In this document: positions 37,576 to 49,429 of the stretch, in pieces
How positions within the stretch are numbered: the first letter of the stretch is position 1
How the letters are laid out: every line of letters starts with the position of its first letter
From: Lama glama
Taxonomy: Eukaryota
Assembly (NCBI GenBank): GCA_028534125.1
Contig: CM052816.1
Coordinates: 74,278,001 to 74,342,000 of the forward strand
Direction of reading: 5' to 3'
Length of the DNA: 64,000 nucleotides
Made by a program: the position numbers and the translations under genes
The notes under the pieces: generated by a model
Told to the model about the DNA's origin: nothing
What the model saw: the letters and a program-made list of their open reading frames with translations, nothing else
Databases searched by the model: none

Positions 37576-39508
37576 TTCTAGACTTGAGAAAATAGCTGCC
37601 TGCTAGATACCTTGCTGTTTCACAGTCTCAATACTGAATTACATAAATTAGCAATTGTGTAAGAAATTTTGCCATCATAGACATTTATGAAAATTCCTTT
37701 TGCTTGCTTGATAGATTCTACAAAAATTCCAACATCCTTTTCTTTTTATATATACCCTGGGTTCCTGCTTTGGCTGTTGGGGAAGGACAAGGAGCTGAGG
37801 CAGGGGTGGCTGGTGTCATTCAGGTTCAAGACAGAAAAAAAAAAAGGAAAGAAAGAAAAAGAAAAGAAAACTGAAAAATGGAGCACACACCCCCATTACT
37901 AGAAATAGTTATAGGTAATGGCAGCAGCAATCTATGCCAGAAAAGCTTTTTCTCTAACAATGAAATGGATAGTGAAATACTGCAAAGACCCCAGCTTTCT
38001 ACCAGCAAAGAGCACTTCTATGGTATTCAGCATTGCTAGTCAGTTTCACAGCCAAAAACAACCTAAGACCATAATTTTACATATTGCTAGTACACTGTTT
38101 AGTACCAAACTTATTCTACAATATTTAATAAAAGACTGGTGTCTAGATGTATATTATAATTTAAAACGTAGGGAATTATAAAGTGACAATAAGAGCTTGC
38201 CTGATAGAGTGTAACACTGTCTGCTTGGTCTATAACAGTCCCAGTAATCAATCATTCCTACTACTGCTACTTTGGATAGAATACACTGTAGCATATTTTG
38301 GTGTCAAATAAGTTTTGCAAAGAAATTTACACACAAAAGGGTAGAGGGCATAAAACTCTGAATTTTAGAATTGCTAAAGGAACTGTAAAACTGGGTTACA
38401 TACTGATTGAGCCACAATATCCAGTCTGCAGAGGTGGCATATGGAAGGAATCCTGGCAGGGAAAAGGGTGGGGATGACAGAAACTAGAGAGGTGAGGCGG
38501 AAGGATTGTGGGAAATAATTCCGGAGGGAGGAAGCCCCTGCTTTCAGGGATATGTGAGCTTAATCCCAGTGCAGGATTTTGCCCCCAGAGAAAACACAGC
38601 AGCTGAGAGAGTCTCAGAATAATTGTAGTTAACATTATTCACCCTTTACACTTTGCCTGACATTCTGTCAGCGCCGCTTTTCAACCCCGAATTTGGTGGT
38701 TGCGATAGTTCAACACTATCCGGAAAAGAGAAGGCAAGGGCCTTGGAGAGTCGCCAGTTTGAAAGTGGGATATGAAGCGAGCCTGATCGCTCCAGAATCT
38801 GGCCACAGAAACCCCACACTACAAAGGACAATTGCTGGCTTTCCGGTGTCCAGGTACCAAGGCCTTCCCACTCTGCCCCAGCTCATTGCCTCCAGGTCAG
38901 CTCGGAGGTGCCAGCTGGAAATCAGGTTTCTGTAGAGTCAGAGGAAGGAAGGACGCGCCCAGGAAAGTGCCTAAGGGAAACAGAAGCCCTGCACTGCTGG
39001 AGGCCAATGCTTCTAGATGTCTTTGGGCAGCAACAGTCTCTGGAAGACTAGGAGCAACTGGTTGGTGCCGCAGGTGGACTGGGAGGGGAAAGGTCCAGGG
39101 CAAGGGAGCAGGAGTATTTCTCAGGCTAAGCGGAGTTCTCAGGGATGCTGGCTGCTCTTTGCTGGATCTCTTGGAGCGCAGCAAGTGTAACTCTGACAAC
39201 GGCTATGCTGGACCCCTGACAGCCGGGTATGCCCAGGAGACCCCACCGACTTTTCCCCGTGCAGCAAATCAGGAGACAGTGGGTCCCGCGCTAGGACGGC
39301 ACCAGACACTCCCTCCGCTGCTCCTCCTTGCTTCCCCCAAAGCTAAAGTGGAAACACATGAGAGAGGGAAACGTTGGAATTTCGTGTAATTTATTAAGTA
39401 AGCGAAAGAAAAACTCACAAATGTCTATGAAGACAAATTCTTATATGATTGCCAAACTGAGAGGTGTTATTGTAACATCTGTCGCAGGGGATCGTCTAAT
39501 GAAGGATC

Positions 39509-40050
39509 TCAGCGGAGATGAGGGCTCTTGCGCCGAAAGGCTGCAGGGGAGGCAGCCCAAGTTCTTGGCGACTGCGCATTGGTCCGCTGCCACTTGTCTT
39601 GAGACTTCGAGTGGTGTCTCCCCAGGCCAGGAGGAGGGCGATGCTCCAGATGGCTCTTTGAGGTCAGAGGTCTCGGGATCCAGATTTTGGGTCCTCGATG
39701 TTGGAAGACCAGCCCAGAGAAGCTTTGGGGGCGGGCGGCGGCCGCCTCTTCCTCGGGCGCCTGTGGCTCCTGGCGTGTCGTGGGCTTTGGGTCCGGGGTG
39801 GGCAGCGAGGTTCTCTGCGCTCTGGGTCCGTGTTTGGGGCAGTAAGCGCGCAGAAACCCGCAGGGGGTAGAAAGTAGTTCCCTATTGAAGTTCTGGTTGT
39901 CCCAAGAGAGGTGGCCCAGCTTAGGATAGAAAGGGAGCTGCCATAACTCAGGGTCCACTAAGCTCAAGATTTGCAGCATCTCTGGTTTTCCTGGGGCTTC
40001 TCTGCAGAATCCCAGGCTTCCTGCACGCATTGAGGAAAGTTCTGCTCCAT
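39509..40050 (-). pseudogene. ANXA2R-like paralogue 3, frameshifted (possibly rescued by an alternative ATG)
   Basis: ATG 40050 reads MEQNFPQCVQEAWDSAEKPQ, then a +2 frameshift ~39988 gives TGA at 39964; the other frame continues KPEMLQILSL...WQLPFYPKLG...STPCGFLRAYCPKH; TATA degraded; AATAAA at 39390-39395. Confidence 0.8.
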
Positions 40051-43025
40051 CCCTTCCGCCACCGAGAGGGGGAAAAGTTTTCAGGGATTCCCTTCCTTTT
40101 GAATTATTATTCTGGGCTCTTATGCTTCCAACTAGAGAGTATTAGGGTGGATGGTGCGGTTTTCCTCAGCTTGGTAATTGCTTCAAAAGGCGGGACCTGT
40201 GGAGATTAAGGGAAAATCCAATCATCTTGGATGGGGCTGTTCCAAGCTGAATTGATTTTGTTGATTCAGAGAATTAAAGTTTTTGTGCTGTTGTTGTTTG
40301 TTTTTAAAAGAATGACAGGTAGAGGGGCTCTGTCAAGACAAGTTATTTGGAAGGTTAGTCTTTTATGAAAAGTATCCTAAATGTCTGACCCTTTTAGGGG
40401 AACTGTATATCCACTGATTCTCAGGGCCCTTCTGTTTGGAAAGTACTGTCAGATTTTACCTAGATGATCAGAATGAGACGTTGGCCATCTTTGCATGAAA
40501 TCACACTACTGTCAGTGAGACAAGTCAGACTCACACCCTGGGCTTCTGTTGTGGATTTCTAAGTCAAAACATTTTCAGAATTTTAGTCAACATGTAGGAG
40601 GGGAGGGATCAAGGTCTCGAGAGAGCCAGACACAGACCGTTTGGGTACAAGTTCTATCATTTCTGTAAGACTCAGCTAGTCATCTGGCCTTTCTTGCCTT
40701 CACACTTTTACCTGGACGACAGCTAAAATTTAATGTTTTACAAGGTAGCTTTCATGATTAAATTGGATAACAAAGGCCAAATAATTAGATATCCCAGGCA
40801 GAAAAGAAGTTGTTCAATTACAAATATTATTTTCATTATCATTCTTAGTGAGATGAGCATGGACATAAACATAACATCAATGAATAACAAACCCTAAATG
40901 CTGTCTTTTTGTGTGTGTTTAATCTTAGTGGACCGCTTTTGCCTTCTTGTGTCAAATCGATAGTGAAATTGCATTCCTTTACATCCTTCCTCAGATGTTC
41001 AAACACTCTGTTGGCAAACATGTCAGTGCATCCAAGCCTAGATTTCCTTCATCAGTCATTTATCTATCTAAACAAAGTCAGTTTAATTCAAAGAATTTTA
41101 AATGAGCACGTTTTGACAGCCTGCCGCGAGCAGGGTGCTGTGATGGGTGCTACATACACAGAGCTGTAGAACTGGCTCCTGCTTTGGAAGGTCTCACTTC
41201 TAAGGGGAGAGCAGAGTCCCAGTTAAGAGACCATGAAGACACAGCCAAATATTGTTTCCTATGGTGGTCGGCTTGATGCCAGGAATGAAAACTCTAAAGT
41301 TTAAGATGTTTGAGAGGACTCCACAAAAGCCAGTCTTTTTGCACAAGGTGAGGAGAAAAGACAATGGTAGGGATAAAAGTGAGAAAAAAGGAAACAGAAA
41401 TAAAGAAGACAATCAACATCAAAAAATGAGAAATAAGTAAATAAAGAAAGTGGATTCAAGTATGGACCACACAAGAGGCAGAGGGTTGGAAACTCTGGTC
41501 AAGACAGCCAATAGAGGGAGGTTGAAGGGGTTCGTTGGAGCAACTTGAATCTTTGCAGCTGACTTGGGGGTATGAAGTAATTCAAGCCAGAAAGCTCTGC
41601 TGGGCCAGGTTTAAGGGAAAGACAACAACTCTGTTCCCTTTGAAGTCTCAGCAGTGAGCTTATTGGCTCTGGTGCTGCAGAACCTTCTCAGAGAGTTGTT
41701 TGAACACCACTAATTTCCCCCAGAGGGTCAGGGGCAGCTAGCCTGTGTTACAGCTGCACCAGAAGGAAGCCACTACAGTGAGAACCAGCAATGTGGTCAG
41801 ACTGCAGATGATACCAGTCACCAACAAAGTGGAGATCACCTGATTTCAGACAAGGTCTACCCATTATTACATGCAGTTGTGATGTCTTAATATCTCTTTT
41901 AATCTGCAAAAGTTCCCCATCTCTTTTATTTTTCCCTTTCATTTTTTTTCACAGAAAATTGTATAATAAGCACAATGTCCTACCTATTTTTTTTTAAAAT
42001 ACTTTTCTGAGTATCAAGAATAGAAACATTCCACTGACCCTGTGAGCCAGCAGGGAGCAAACTCATTCTTCACTTTTGGGCATGTGAAACAGCAAGGTGT
42101 CTACCAGGTAGCTACTTTCTCAGGACAAGAATGAGGGGATTTCAAGATGGGAAGGAAGAAAGAGTATTTCAAGGATTCTACAAATGATCATTGAAATTGA
42201 TGTGCAATAATGTAGATGGATTTGAATAAAATCAGTCCATTTCTATACCAACAATAAGTTTTCATCAGTTTTTAGGGAAAAGGGTGGCATAGGAGAATAT
42301 ATATTTATGAGAAGAGGTCACAAGAATACATGTAGGCAGGGATGGGCTTCCCCTGCTGAGAGACAGCAGTGAACTGTTAGGGTCATCGTGTCCTGGCCAC
42401 TCTAGTAGTCAAAGTTATATGTCATTGCTTCACTTTGCATTTGTTTAATCTTATTGAGCCCTGACCTGGGTCCTAGCTCCCCTTTGAGGCACGGGCCCAC
42501 CTCCCCACCCCACCCACTTCGAATCCTGGCTCCACCCACTCAATCAATTGCACAGGCAGAGGATAAGGAAACAGGATTTAATCATTGTTCACAACTGGAA
42601 TACACAAGAAGCATGACAATTCCGAGTAAATCTACTAGAAAGGTTCTTAAGATAGTATAGATTCCACGAAGAGATATTTCTAATTGAAAAACCTGTCAAT
42701 AATCCAGGAAGAAAAGGACAAGTAAGGAATGTTCTGCACCAGAAACTTCAAGGCTCAACCCCTAGCAAGGCTGGGGCCAGGGGTTAAGTCCAGCCAGGTA
42801 GAATGAGGGCCTCCATTGGGGTGACTCAGTGACTCCAGTCCAGGGCATGGGTTGAAGGGTCGCCTTGGGGTAAGCACAAGGCTGTGATCCTTTCCTTGTC
42901 GAGTTCCAGCCTCAGTTTTCAGAAACTTCGGGGTTGGGGTGGGAGGTGGCCTGTCTTGGACTCCTGGGAGGTGATCTGGCCACAAGTCTGTCCACCTCCG
43001 GTGCTGCTGGCATTTCCTGGCTGTT

Positions 43026-43379
43026 TCAAGCCCTGTTGAGCTGCGCGGCCTGTAGCTTTGGCTTCTTCTTGGTGGGACTGTCGCTCCATCCTGGATGAGC
43101 CACTGGCTCCTGGACTTCTGGGTCTCGACAGCGTTTCTGGCTGCTCTCAACTTGGGGACCGTCTGCATGCTCGGTGCAAGCATGAAGCGGCCTCTCACAT
43201 GCACTATAGTGCCCGTCGCCGTAGAACTGGGGGCATTGGCAGGAGGGGCGGCTCAGCGCAGGGAAGTTATCCAGAGCCCAGGCCCAGGCCTGTTCTGGGT
43301 TCAGGCCCCGTGGCATTTGGGGCTCTGGATGTGCCCACCTCCAAGACAGCTCTTCCAAGGTGGATGCGTGAGGTTCCAT
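43026..43379 (-). CDS. Divergent ANXA2R-family protein, 117 aa, apparently intact
   Basis: gcgATGG Kozak; TATAAAA at 43462-43468; ATTAAA at 42577-42582; W13, WALDNFPAL and SACERPLHACTEH have the same spacing as the other family members. Confidence 0.72.
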   Translation of the reverse strand: MEPHASTLEELSWRWAHPEPQMPRGLNPEQAWAWALDNFPALSRPSCQCPQFYGDGHYSACERPLHACTEHADGPQVESSQKRCRDPEVQEPVAHPGWSDSPTKKKPKLQAAQLNRA

Positions 43380-43527
43380 CGCTTCAGTCTTCTCACCAGG
43401 CCAGGACGAGTTGCCTGTCCAAGCAAAGGGAGGAATGATTCAGTTCGGTACTTACTGCAACTTTTATAGTGTCTGTCTTGAACAGGGCGTTGGAAACCCA
43501 AATCCAAATAGGTGGGGATAGACACTC

Positions 43528-43542
43528 ATTTGCATTGCAAAT
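43528..43542 (-). promoter_or_regulatory. Octamer / PORE-like palindrome
   Basis: ATTTGCATTGCAAAT contains a perfect octamer ATGCAAAT on the minus strand, ~60 bp upstream of the TATA box. Confidence 0.6.
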
Positions 43543-45017
43543 TGCCTCGGAGCCTCATGGGGTTGAGCAGGAAAATGCATCTTTCTGGGAGGTGCTAGGA
43601 GAAATTACGAAAGGTTCCGGTGATTAAGTTGATGGAGGGGGTTGGGAAGAGAGCACGATCCCTTGGGAGAGAGGTAGATTCCTGGTCGTTTCAATTTATT
43701 GGAAAAGGCCTCGCTACTTGGGAGGCACCCCTAGGCAAAGTCACCCAGTTATGGAGTAGGAATTTCAAGGAGCACCACCATTCCAAACCCAGAAGCGCTC
43801 GAAGCATCCTGTCACGGCAGGGGAGGCTGGTTTTCGGGCCAGTCCAGGGTCATTATCCCCTTAGCTTCTACGCCAGCTATCTGGCAGCAGGTCAGTTCAG
43901 CCAGTCCCTGGCAGGCGTTGGACAAGAAGGTTGCGGAGAGTCGGAGGAGTAAGGGGCACTTGTTGGGATTAATTATCGCCTGAGGGTAAACTGGAGGAGT
44001 TCAGGGAGGGGTGGGAGGAATGCGGCGGATGCAGCCGCAGAGCCGCGTGCAGATGCTCAGAAGGCGTGCCTGCTGTTCTGGGAGGCCCAGCGCGGGTCGG
44101 AAAGTCAGATGTAAAGGCCACGCTCCACCCCATTCCCTTCCCCAACCCATCCTCCTCAGCCGGTGTGCACGGGAGACCCCGCGCCCAGCAAAGCCCAGAG
44201 ACCAAAGAGCCGGCACCAGCCACCGCCGCCCGGGAGCCTCGTCTTCCCAACAGGCAAACCAGGGACTCTCGGGAAGAATCACGGACTGTGACACCGTTTG
44301 TCGTCAACTTTATTGAGAAGCGAAAGCGCAGTTACTATTTTTGGAGTTCACATTGTGTTAAATGTATGCCTAAGGGAGCGGGCCATTAAAGACTTTGATA
44401 TGGTGGGTACTGTAATTAAATTACATTTTCTTAATGAGGAAAATGAAGCAGAAGGGATCAGCTCACTTCTGGAAGGCACTATTGAAACTCCATGGGTTTT
44501 GATGATTGCATCAAGCAGAGGTAGGGTTGTGGGGCGAGAAGGGTCTAGTTACTGACAATTTCCATAGGATATAGAAAGCCTCTCTGTGTTTCAGACAAGC
44601 CTGGACAAATTACACTCAGTAATTCTCGTATCAGAGCGGCATTGCCTGATTGTAGAGAGTAGATTCCACGAGATTAGATCATAACCCAAGATCACACAGA
44701 TAGTTCCTGCTGGACTGAGAACATAGGTCCTCAAGCATATGCCAGGTAGGGGAATTAGCAAAGGAATAATTAGGCTGGATTGGGAATAGCAAAGACTTGT
44801 GCCTACCTAGAATCGTAATTTTTCTACATTTGTTGACGCTAGATTACCTGAATCAAAGGAACATTCAAAATTGCTATGTCTTTCATACCTAAAGACAACT
44901 GGGTTGAGTTAATGTCACATTTTCTATAGTGGTTTTTGCTGACCCCTATCCTCTTTTAGGTAATTATGTGTATTCTATTCTTAGTTATTCCCCTTATTTG
45001 CTTTCCCTCTTCCACTG

Positions 45018-45517
45018 NNNNNNNNNNNNNNNNNNNNNNNNNNNNNNNNNNNNNNNNNNNNNNNNNNNNNNNNNNNNNNNNNNNNNNNNNNNNNNNNNNN
45101 NNNNNNNNNNNNNNNNNNNNNNNNNNNNNNNNNNNNNNNNNNNNNNNNNNNNNNNNNNNNNNNNNNNNNNNNNNNNNNNNNNNNNNNNNNNNNNNNNNNN
45201 NNNNNNNNNNNNNNNNNNNNNNNNNNNNNNNNNNNNNNNNNNNNNNNNNNNNNNNNNNNNNNNNNNNNNNNNNNNNNNNNNNNNNNNNNNNNNNNNNNNN
45301 NNNNNNNNNNNNNNNNNNNNNNNNNNNNNNNNNNNNNNNNNNNNNNNNNNNNNNNNNNNNNNNNNNNNNNNNNNNNNNNNNNNNNNNNNNNNNNNNNNNN
45401 NNNNNNNNNNNNNNNNNNNNNNNNNNNNNNNNNNNNNNNNNNNNNNNNNNNNNNNNNNNNNNNNNNNNNNNNNNNNNNNNNNNNNNNNNNNNNNNNNNNN
45501 NNNNNNNNNNNNNNNNN
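45018..45517. other. Assembly gap (500 N)
   Basis: Run of N. Confidence 1.
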
Positions 45518-45686
45518 ATTCCTGAAGTCCTTGCTGCTGAAGATCTCAGTCCCCAGCTGTGTGTGGCCAGAGCTGGGTGGATCTGGCCAAGAGAGGCTGC
45601 CAGGGCAGGCATCTGTCCATGTGCTCTGCAGCGCTCTGCTCTCCTGGGGCGGACTCTGACTCCTGCTGGCTCTTGGGTGTTGACTC

Positions 45687-45962
45687 CTAGGCAGACAGGT
45701 TTAGATCTGGTTCTAAAGTGGTCTGGGCTCTATACAAGTGTCTGTGCCCAGGGCAGGCCCAGCTCAATAGCCCACATGGCGTGGAAAGCAGTTCCCAGTT
45801 GAAATGTGGATTGCCCCACCAGGGCTCCCCCAGTCTGGGGTAGAAAAGGAGTGGCCATGGCCCCAAATCTTCTGAACTCAGAGACAAAGACACCTGGGGT
45901 TCCAGTGCTATCTCCACAGAATTCCAAGCCTGCTTCACACAGAGGCAAAAAAGCTGGGGCAT
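45687..45962 (-). pseudogene. ANXA2R-like paralogue 4, 91 aa, probably nonsense-truncated
   Basis: MPQLFCLCVKQAWNS...GPWPLLFYPRLGE...LLSTPCGLLSWACPGH; TATAAAT at 46044-46050; ANXA2R-like frame continues past the TAG; 3' end falls in the gap. Confidence 0.75.
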
Positions 45963-48489
45963 GACTTCAGCCTCTAGATCTGGAGACTGGAGAATCTGGG
46001 CTGAGAGAGGAGGCAAAGGACTGAGCACTCATTCAGTATGGGAATTTATACTGTTCGGGCTCTTGGGCAATCCCAAATTAGAGTGCATTAGGTAGGGTGG
46101 TGGCATTGCTTTTTGAGACAAATTGCTTCAGACGGCTGAGAGTGATGTTGTTAAGTCCAAAGTGTAATCCTATCGGGTGCAATTTCATAAAATTGAATTG
46201 GAATCAGTTCAGTTATTAATTGGATTAAAGTTAAAAATAAGAAAGGCTACATATGGGGTTACTGATTAAGAAAAGCCAGATGCTTTGTTTCCTTTATGTA
46301 ATGTCTGATGTTCACAGCACCTCCGCCAGGCAAGTGTCCTCTGCTTGTCCGAAGGCTTAAATCATTACCAAAATCAAAGCACAAGTTATGCTGGAGCTGA
46401 GATGGAAATGTGAAAGAAGAAGGTTTCAGTGGGGCGGACTGTTTGGAGAGGAGATGGGGACCGAAGTAATTGACCAATTCTCTACTCTTCACATGGGCTC
46501 CCAACTTCCTGTCTGGGTCCTCTACTTTGAACTCCTAAATTCCAAGGATTGAGAGAAGAGAAGGCAGGGAGGGAAAGGAAAGAGGAGCTTTAGATATCAA
46601 ATGATTAAATGGTTTGGGTTCCAATCTTGTTTCCTCCTTTACTAAACATATGTGATTATCATTTAAACTTTCTAAGCTGCAGTTAAAAAAAATCTATGAA
46701 GTGAGGACAAAACCCTCACTAATTTCAAAAAGTAGCTTTGAGTACTTAAAAAAATAATATAGGTAAGGTGACAGCTTCTCACACAATATAATGAATAACT
46801 TTGTAAGGGTATAATCATTATTATTTGATCAACACTGTACAATAGAAAGATAATCCCAGTGGAGAACAAATAGAAAATGTGGCTTTTAAAAACATCCCTG
46901 CTGTAAGTATATTGGATCCACAGTAAAGCTGTAACAAGTATTGCTACCCTCCATTTAGCATCTTCCATGACTAATTCTCCAATGTCATAAACTTTGCACA
47001 ATCAATTTAACAAACATATATTGAGAGCCTGCTTTTTGTCAGGTGTTATGAAAAGAGCTACACATATAAGGACAACGGAGGCTCATTCTTCCTCTCCTGC
47101 CTGAAGCAGGGGCAGAATTCTGCAGTCCCAGAGCTCCAGCTTGAAAGGGCTCAGGGGCTGCGGGATTTCTCCACATGGGAAACCGCTTTCAGAAAGAGCT
47201 CAGAACAGAGAGGAAGGTGGATGCAGCACAGACCGAGGTCATGAACATAAGATACACGCTTCAGCGTGGGGCCATTTCTTTTCGGTACCCTTCATTTCTA
47301 TGCATTTAAAACGTTTTCTGAATCACACCACTGCATTTGTTCAATAATAATGTAAGGAGATTTGTCCTCACTGGTTTTATAGATTGTGAGGGAATGTTTT
47401 TCAATGAAATTTTATTCCCCACCTCCAAAGTAAGTCATTTCATTGATTTATTTGTTTAGATGTCAAGCAGGAGAGCAAAAACACTTAGTTAATGGGAAAA
47501 TGCAAGTCCTTTGCACTCACCTTTTGCCTTCCAGGTTAAGCCTTAACATGTATTTGAAAGTACTAGCTTGCATTTCAAATCTAAGTTTGCTTTAAATAAG
47601 ACTAGTGGCCCAATTGTACAGTATTATTAGCTAATGGTAAGAAACAAAAGACATTCACATTGAAAATTAGCATGCAGAACCATTAAAGGAACAAAGTTTA
47701 AGCCTGACACAAGAATGGGGAAGATAGACAGAGTAGATCTTAACTGTTTTCAACACACACACACACACACACACCCCAATACACAACTATGTGAAATGGT
47801 GGGCGTGTCAATTTGATTGTTGTCATTTCACAATGTATACAGCCTGTTAAATAATTACGTTGTACATCTCCAAGTTAAAAAAAGAGTGGGAGCATAGAAA
47901 GAAGTTTGAACCAGAGAGAGAGTTTTCCTCCAGATGAGAGAATCAGGTTTCCACTCTGTTCTCTCCCCTCCAGTCACTCAATCATTTCTGACAACACAAA
48001 CACACTTAACTAATTCTTTTATCTCACATGGCACACACAGCCATGTCAGGATAAAAATTCTAACACCAGTAAAACGATAACCATTATAATTGGGGGCAAT
48101 TTAAAAAATCTTAGGTCTATCTCACTAGAGAGAAATTGTAAAATTACTGTCTTTTAAAGTCACTTGAGCTAGTTCCTCTTTGTGTGGTTATGATACCAAC
48201 TTGTTACACATTTAGGATCTTTTTTGTTTGTTTTAGTTTTAAAGAATTATTTTACATAATTAAAAAACAATTTTTGAAAGTATTAAAAATTTTCCCAAAC
48301 CAGTTCTACAATTATATTTAGAGGAGTTTAGCTTCTATCCAAGTGTCCTCCACTCTGTTATATATATTTATATGTAAATATATATAAAAGTATATATTTA
48401 AAGAGAGAGAGACTGCCTTCTCCCTTGGCTACAATCCTTCCCCCATTCTACGAGATCCCATAAAGGAGTTCTCACTAATCTTCTCTCTT

Positions 48490-48632
48490 TTTTAAAATTT
48501 ATTTATTTTTATTGTTTTGGGGGGAGGAAATTAGGTTATTTATATATGCTTAGAGGCAGTACTGGGAATTGAACCCAGGACCTCTTACATGTTAAGCGTG
48601 GACTCTACCACTTGAGCTATACCCTGCCCCCC
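48490..48632 (-). mobile_element. tRNA-derived SINE (Vic-1-like)
   Basis: Reverse complement of 'gggtatagctcaagtggtagag...gggttcaattccc'; TSD 'ctcactaatcttct'. Confidence 0.82.
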
Positions 48633-49429
48633 TCACTAATCTTCTTATTGGTAAAGAACATAATTTATGATGAAAGAGTGAGATTTCACCCTCCTCCTCC
48701 CCACCTGTCTTACTGATTTAGTGTGAGAAAACTAAAGTTAGAGGGTGAAACAGGAGAAAAAGGATTCCCTCTCAATGAAGTAACTTAATCTTGATTCATA
48801 ATTGACAGCAATCGAATCCATGGATTCTACACTTCTGGTTTCCTGTTAATAGATGTGAAAAGATAAAGATTCTCTTGATCTCCCACTGTTCATGGTTATT
48901 TTGAGATTTGTGAAACGATGTTTTAGAAAATAGAGGAAAATATTCAAAACATGGCTAGGGTAGGAAATAGTGATAATTCATAAAAAATAAATTCTATTTA
49001 TTATTAATCACTCTAGAGATCATTGAACTGGGAACGTCTTTACTGAGATTTAAAAATGGCTTTCACTGTCTAAAATGAAACTCTTTATTCTCTGACATCA
49101 TTAAAACCTCAGAGTCACTCAGAAATTTGAAACCGCAGTCTGACTGCTATCTCTGGACCATGAGTGTTTCTGCCCGATTCATAGCAGAAACAGTGCAGAG
49201 CTTAGATATTAGCCACCTCCCCAGGCCCAACTGCCACACTCAAAACACGGCCATCTCATACCTCCCCAGGCAAAGACCTGTCCTTTCTTGCTGTGCACAG
49301 GCTAGTCGGTGCTGCTACGACAGCCAACAGGAGGGCCTGATTGGTTAATGGAAAACAGAAAAGCCTTCTTCCCTCTTTCCACCTTTCCCCCTCAGTGGGG
49401 CTGGATGTAAGCTGGGATTTGTAGTCTAC

